IMG/VR virus record: IMGVR_UViG_3300006919_008385
Location: 1-57,070 of that record
DNA: 57,070 nucleotides
DNA from: a virus
Taxonomy: Duplodnaviria; Caudoviricetes
Direction: 5' to 3' (one strand)
Shown one piece after another: positions 56,389-57,070 of the stretch. The notes under the pieces were generated by a model, which was given only the letters and a program-made list of their open reading frames with translations, was not told the DNA's origin and ran no database searches. The number at the start of each line of letters is the position of its first letter. The first letter of the stretch is position 1. The position numbers and the translations under genes are program-made.

Positions 56389-56803
56389 CTATCCAGTATG
56401 TTTTAAAAATGTTATCTTCCATTAAATATGCTTCTTTCTCCCAGGGTTGTTTGAAATAGGGAGTGTTAGCATAATCTTTTTTAAACTTCTTCCATTTACT
56501 AAGTGTAGGATGAAGTTCACCTTTTAAAAATTGTTTAGCATGAACAAGTTCATGAGCCAAGTTTAACATCATTTCGTCTAATGTAAACTTTTTTCTGCCA
56601 CTTTGTCTGGCTAACTCAATTTCTACTTCGTTTTTATCGCCCCAACAAAGTGCATAATTTTTTTCATCACACTCTGTTAAGACTGTTAAGTCAATGTCCA
56701 CAGTTCGTCTTAATCTGGGCATCATTCCTATTAGAGCTGTTTCAATATACTCTATAATTTTTTTCTTTTTAGCAATTCTGCCTTTAATATTAACTCTGAT
56801 CAT
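56372..56803 (-). CDS. HExxH zinc metallopeptidase-like protein
   Basis: LAHELVHAKQ, PWEKEA. Confidence 0.8.
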   Translation of the reverse strand: MIRVNIKGRIAKKKKIIEYIETALIGMMPRLRRTVDIDLTVLTECDEKNYALCWGDKNEVEIELARQSGRKKFTLDEMMLNLAHELVHAKQFLKGELHPTLSKWKKFKKDYANTPYFKQPWEKEAYLMEDNIFKTYWIDGKNI

Positions 56804-56835
56804 TTTATTTTCCTAATATATTTATAAAAGAAAAA

Positions 56836-56912
56836 TGGTGGGTCTTGCAGGATTCGAACTTGCGACCCCCTCGGTGTAAACGAGGTGCTCTAACCAACTG
56901 AGCTAAAGACCC
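56836..56912 (-). tRNA. tRNA-Val(TAC)
   Basis: GGGTCTTTAGCTCAGTTGG...CCTCG-TTTACAC-CGAGG...GTTCGAATC...ACCA. Confidence 0.95.
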
Positions 56913-56914
56913 AC

Positions 56915-56992
56915 TGGCGATCTGGAAGGGACTCGAACCCTCGACCTCCGCCGTGACAGGGCGGCGTTCTAACCAATCTGAACTACCAGACC
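56915..56992 (-). tRNA. tRNA-Asp(GTC)
   Basis: CCGCC-CTGTCAC-GGCGG anticodon arm, GTTCGAGTC, CCA end. Confidence 0.95.
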
Positions 56993-57067
56993 TGGTACCG
57001 CATAGGAGGATCGAACTCCTGTTGCCGAGATGAAAACCCGGTGTCCTAACCACTAGACGAATGCGGC
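56993..57067 (-). tRNA. tRNA-Glu(TTC)
   Basis: CCGGG-TTTTCAT-CTCGG anticodon arm, GTTCGATCC, CCA end; abuts tRNA-Asp with no spacer. Confidence 0.93.
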
Positions 57068-57070
57068 AAA

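Noticed and set aside
913-56425. Numerous 60-126 aa opposite-strand ORFs in the track (e.g. 913, 1429, 2153, 5856, 9024, 12077, 19491, 32595, 52653, 53166)
   Set aside because: Antisense to well-supported genes, with low-complexity shadow composition and generally no RBS.
56805-57053. 82-aa ORF in track
   Set aside because: Overlaps three clear tRNA genes; spurious.
1-57070. CRISPR array, transposase/IS, integrase, or stop-codon recoding
   Set aside because: No regularly spaced repeats or mobile-element genes seen; conserved genes are intact under code 11 and use TAA, TAG and TGA as stops.
1-57070. Interpretation as a bacterial chromosome segment
   Set aside because: Housekeeping genes are isolated from normal operons (clpX without clpP, single ribosomal protein genes) and are interspersed with T4-type lysozyme, structural genes, T4-late motifs and many small phage-type ORFs.

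Overview
AT-rich, gene-dense segment of a large T4-like (jumbo-type) tailed dsDNA bacteriophage. The host is most likely a marine or aquatic gammaproteobacterium, inferred from an SlmA homolog, ClpS/ClpX and Suf. Most of the minus strand carries host-derived auxiliary genes: nadE, guaC, MTA/SAH nucleosidase, a sufB-C-D-S-sufT-peroxiredoxin operon, a Bfd-like ferredoxin, a ferritin-like protein, hsp20, clpS, clpX, ribosomal proteins L33 and S21, peptide deformylase, queD, uvsE, a GH6 glycosidase, sugar-nucleotide and sulfotransferase genes, and tRNA-Glu/Asp/Val. Plus-strand blocks (8.7-13.1 kb, 43-54.7 kb) encode probable virion structural and head-internal proteins plus a lysozyme with a holin-like gene. 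Two promoter classes are visible: TTGACA-N16-TATAAT with an invariant 16-bp spacer, and T4-late-like (T/G)ATAAATA; both often give leaderless transcripts. The most striking unexplained element is a ~380-nt ORF-poor, highly structured RNA (25386-25765, minus strand). It has a terminal closing helix, GNRA tetraloops, a two-fold symmetric UUCAAAA/G internal-loop module and a pseudoknot, and sits between an HNH gene and an hsp20 gene with a ROSE-like thermometer. A second ~100-nt four-way-junction RNA lies at 37855-37956. All family calls come from motif recognition by eye; no database searches or folding programs were run.
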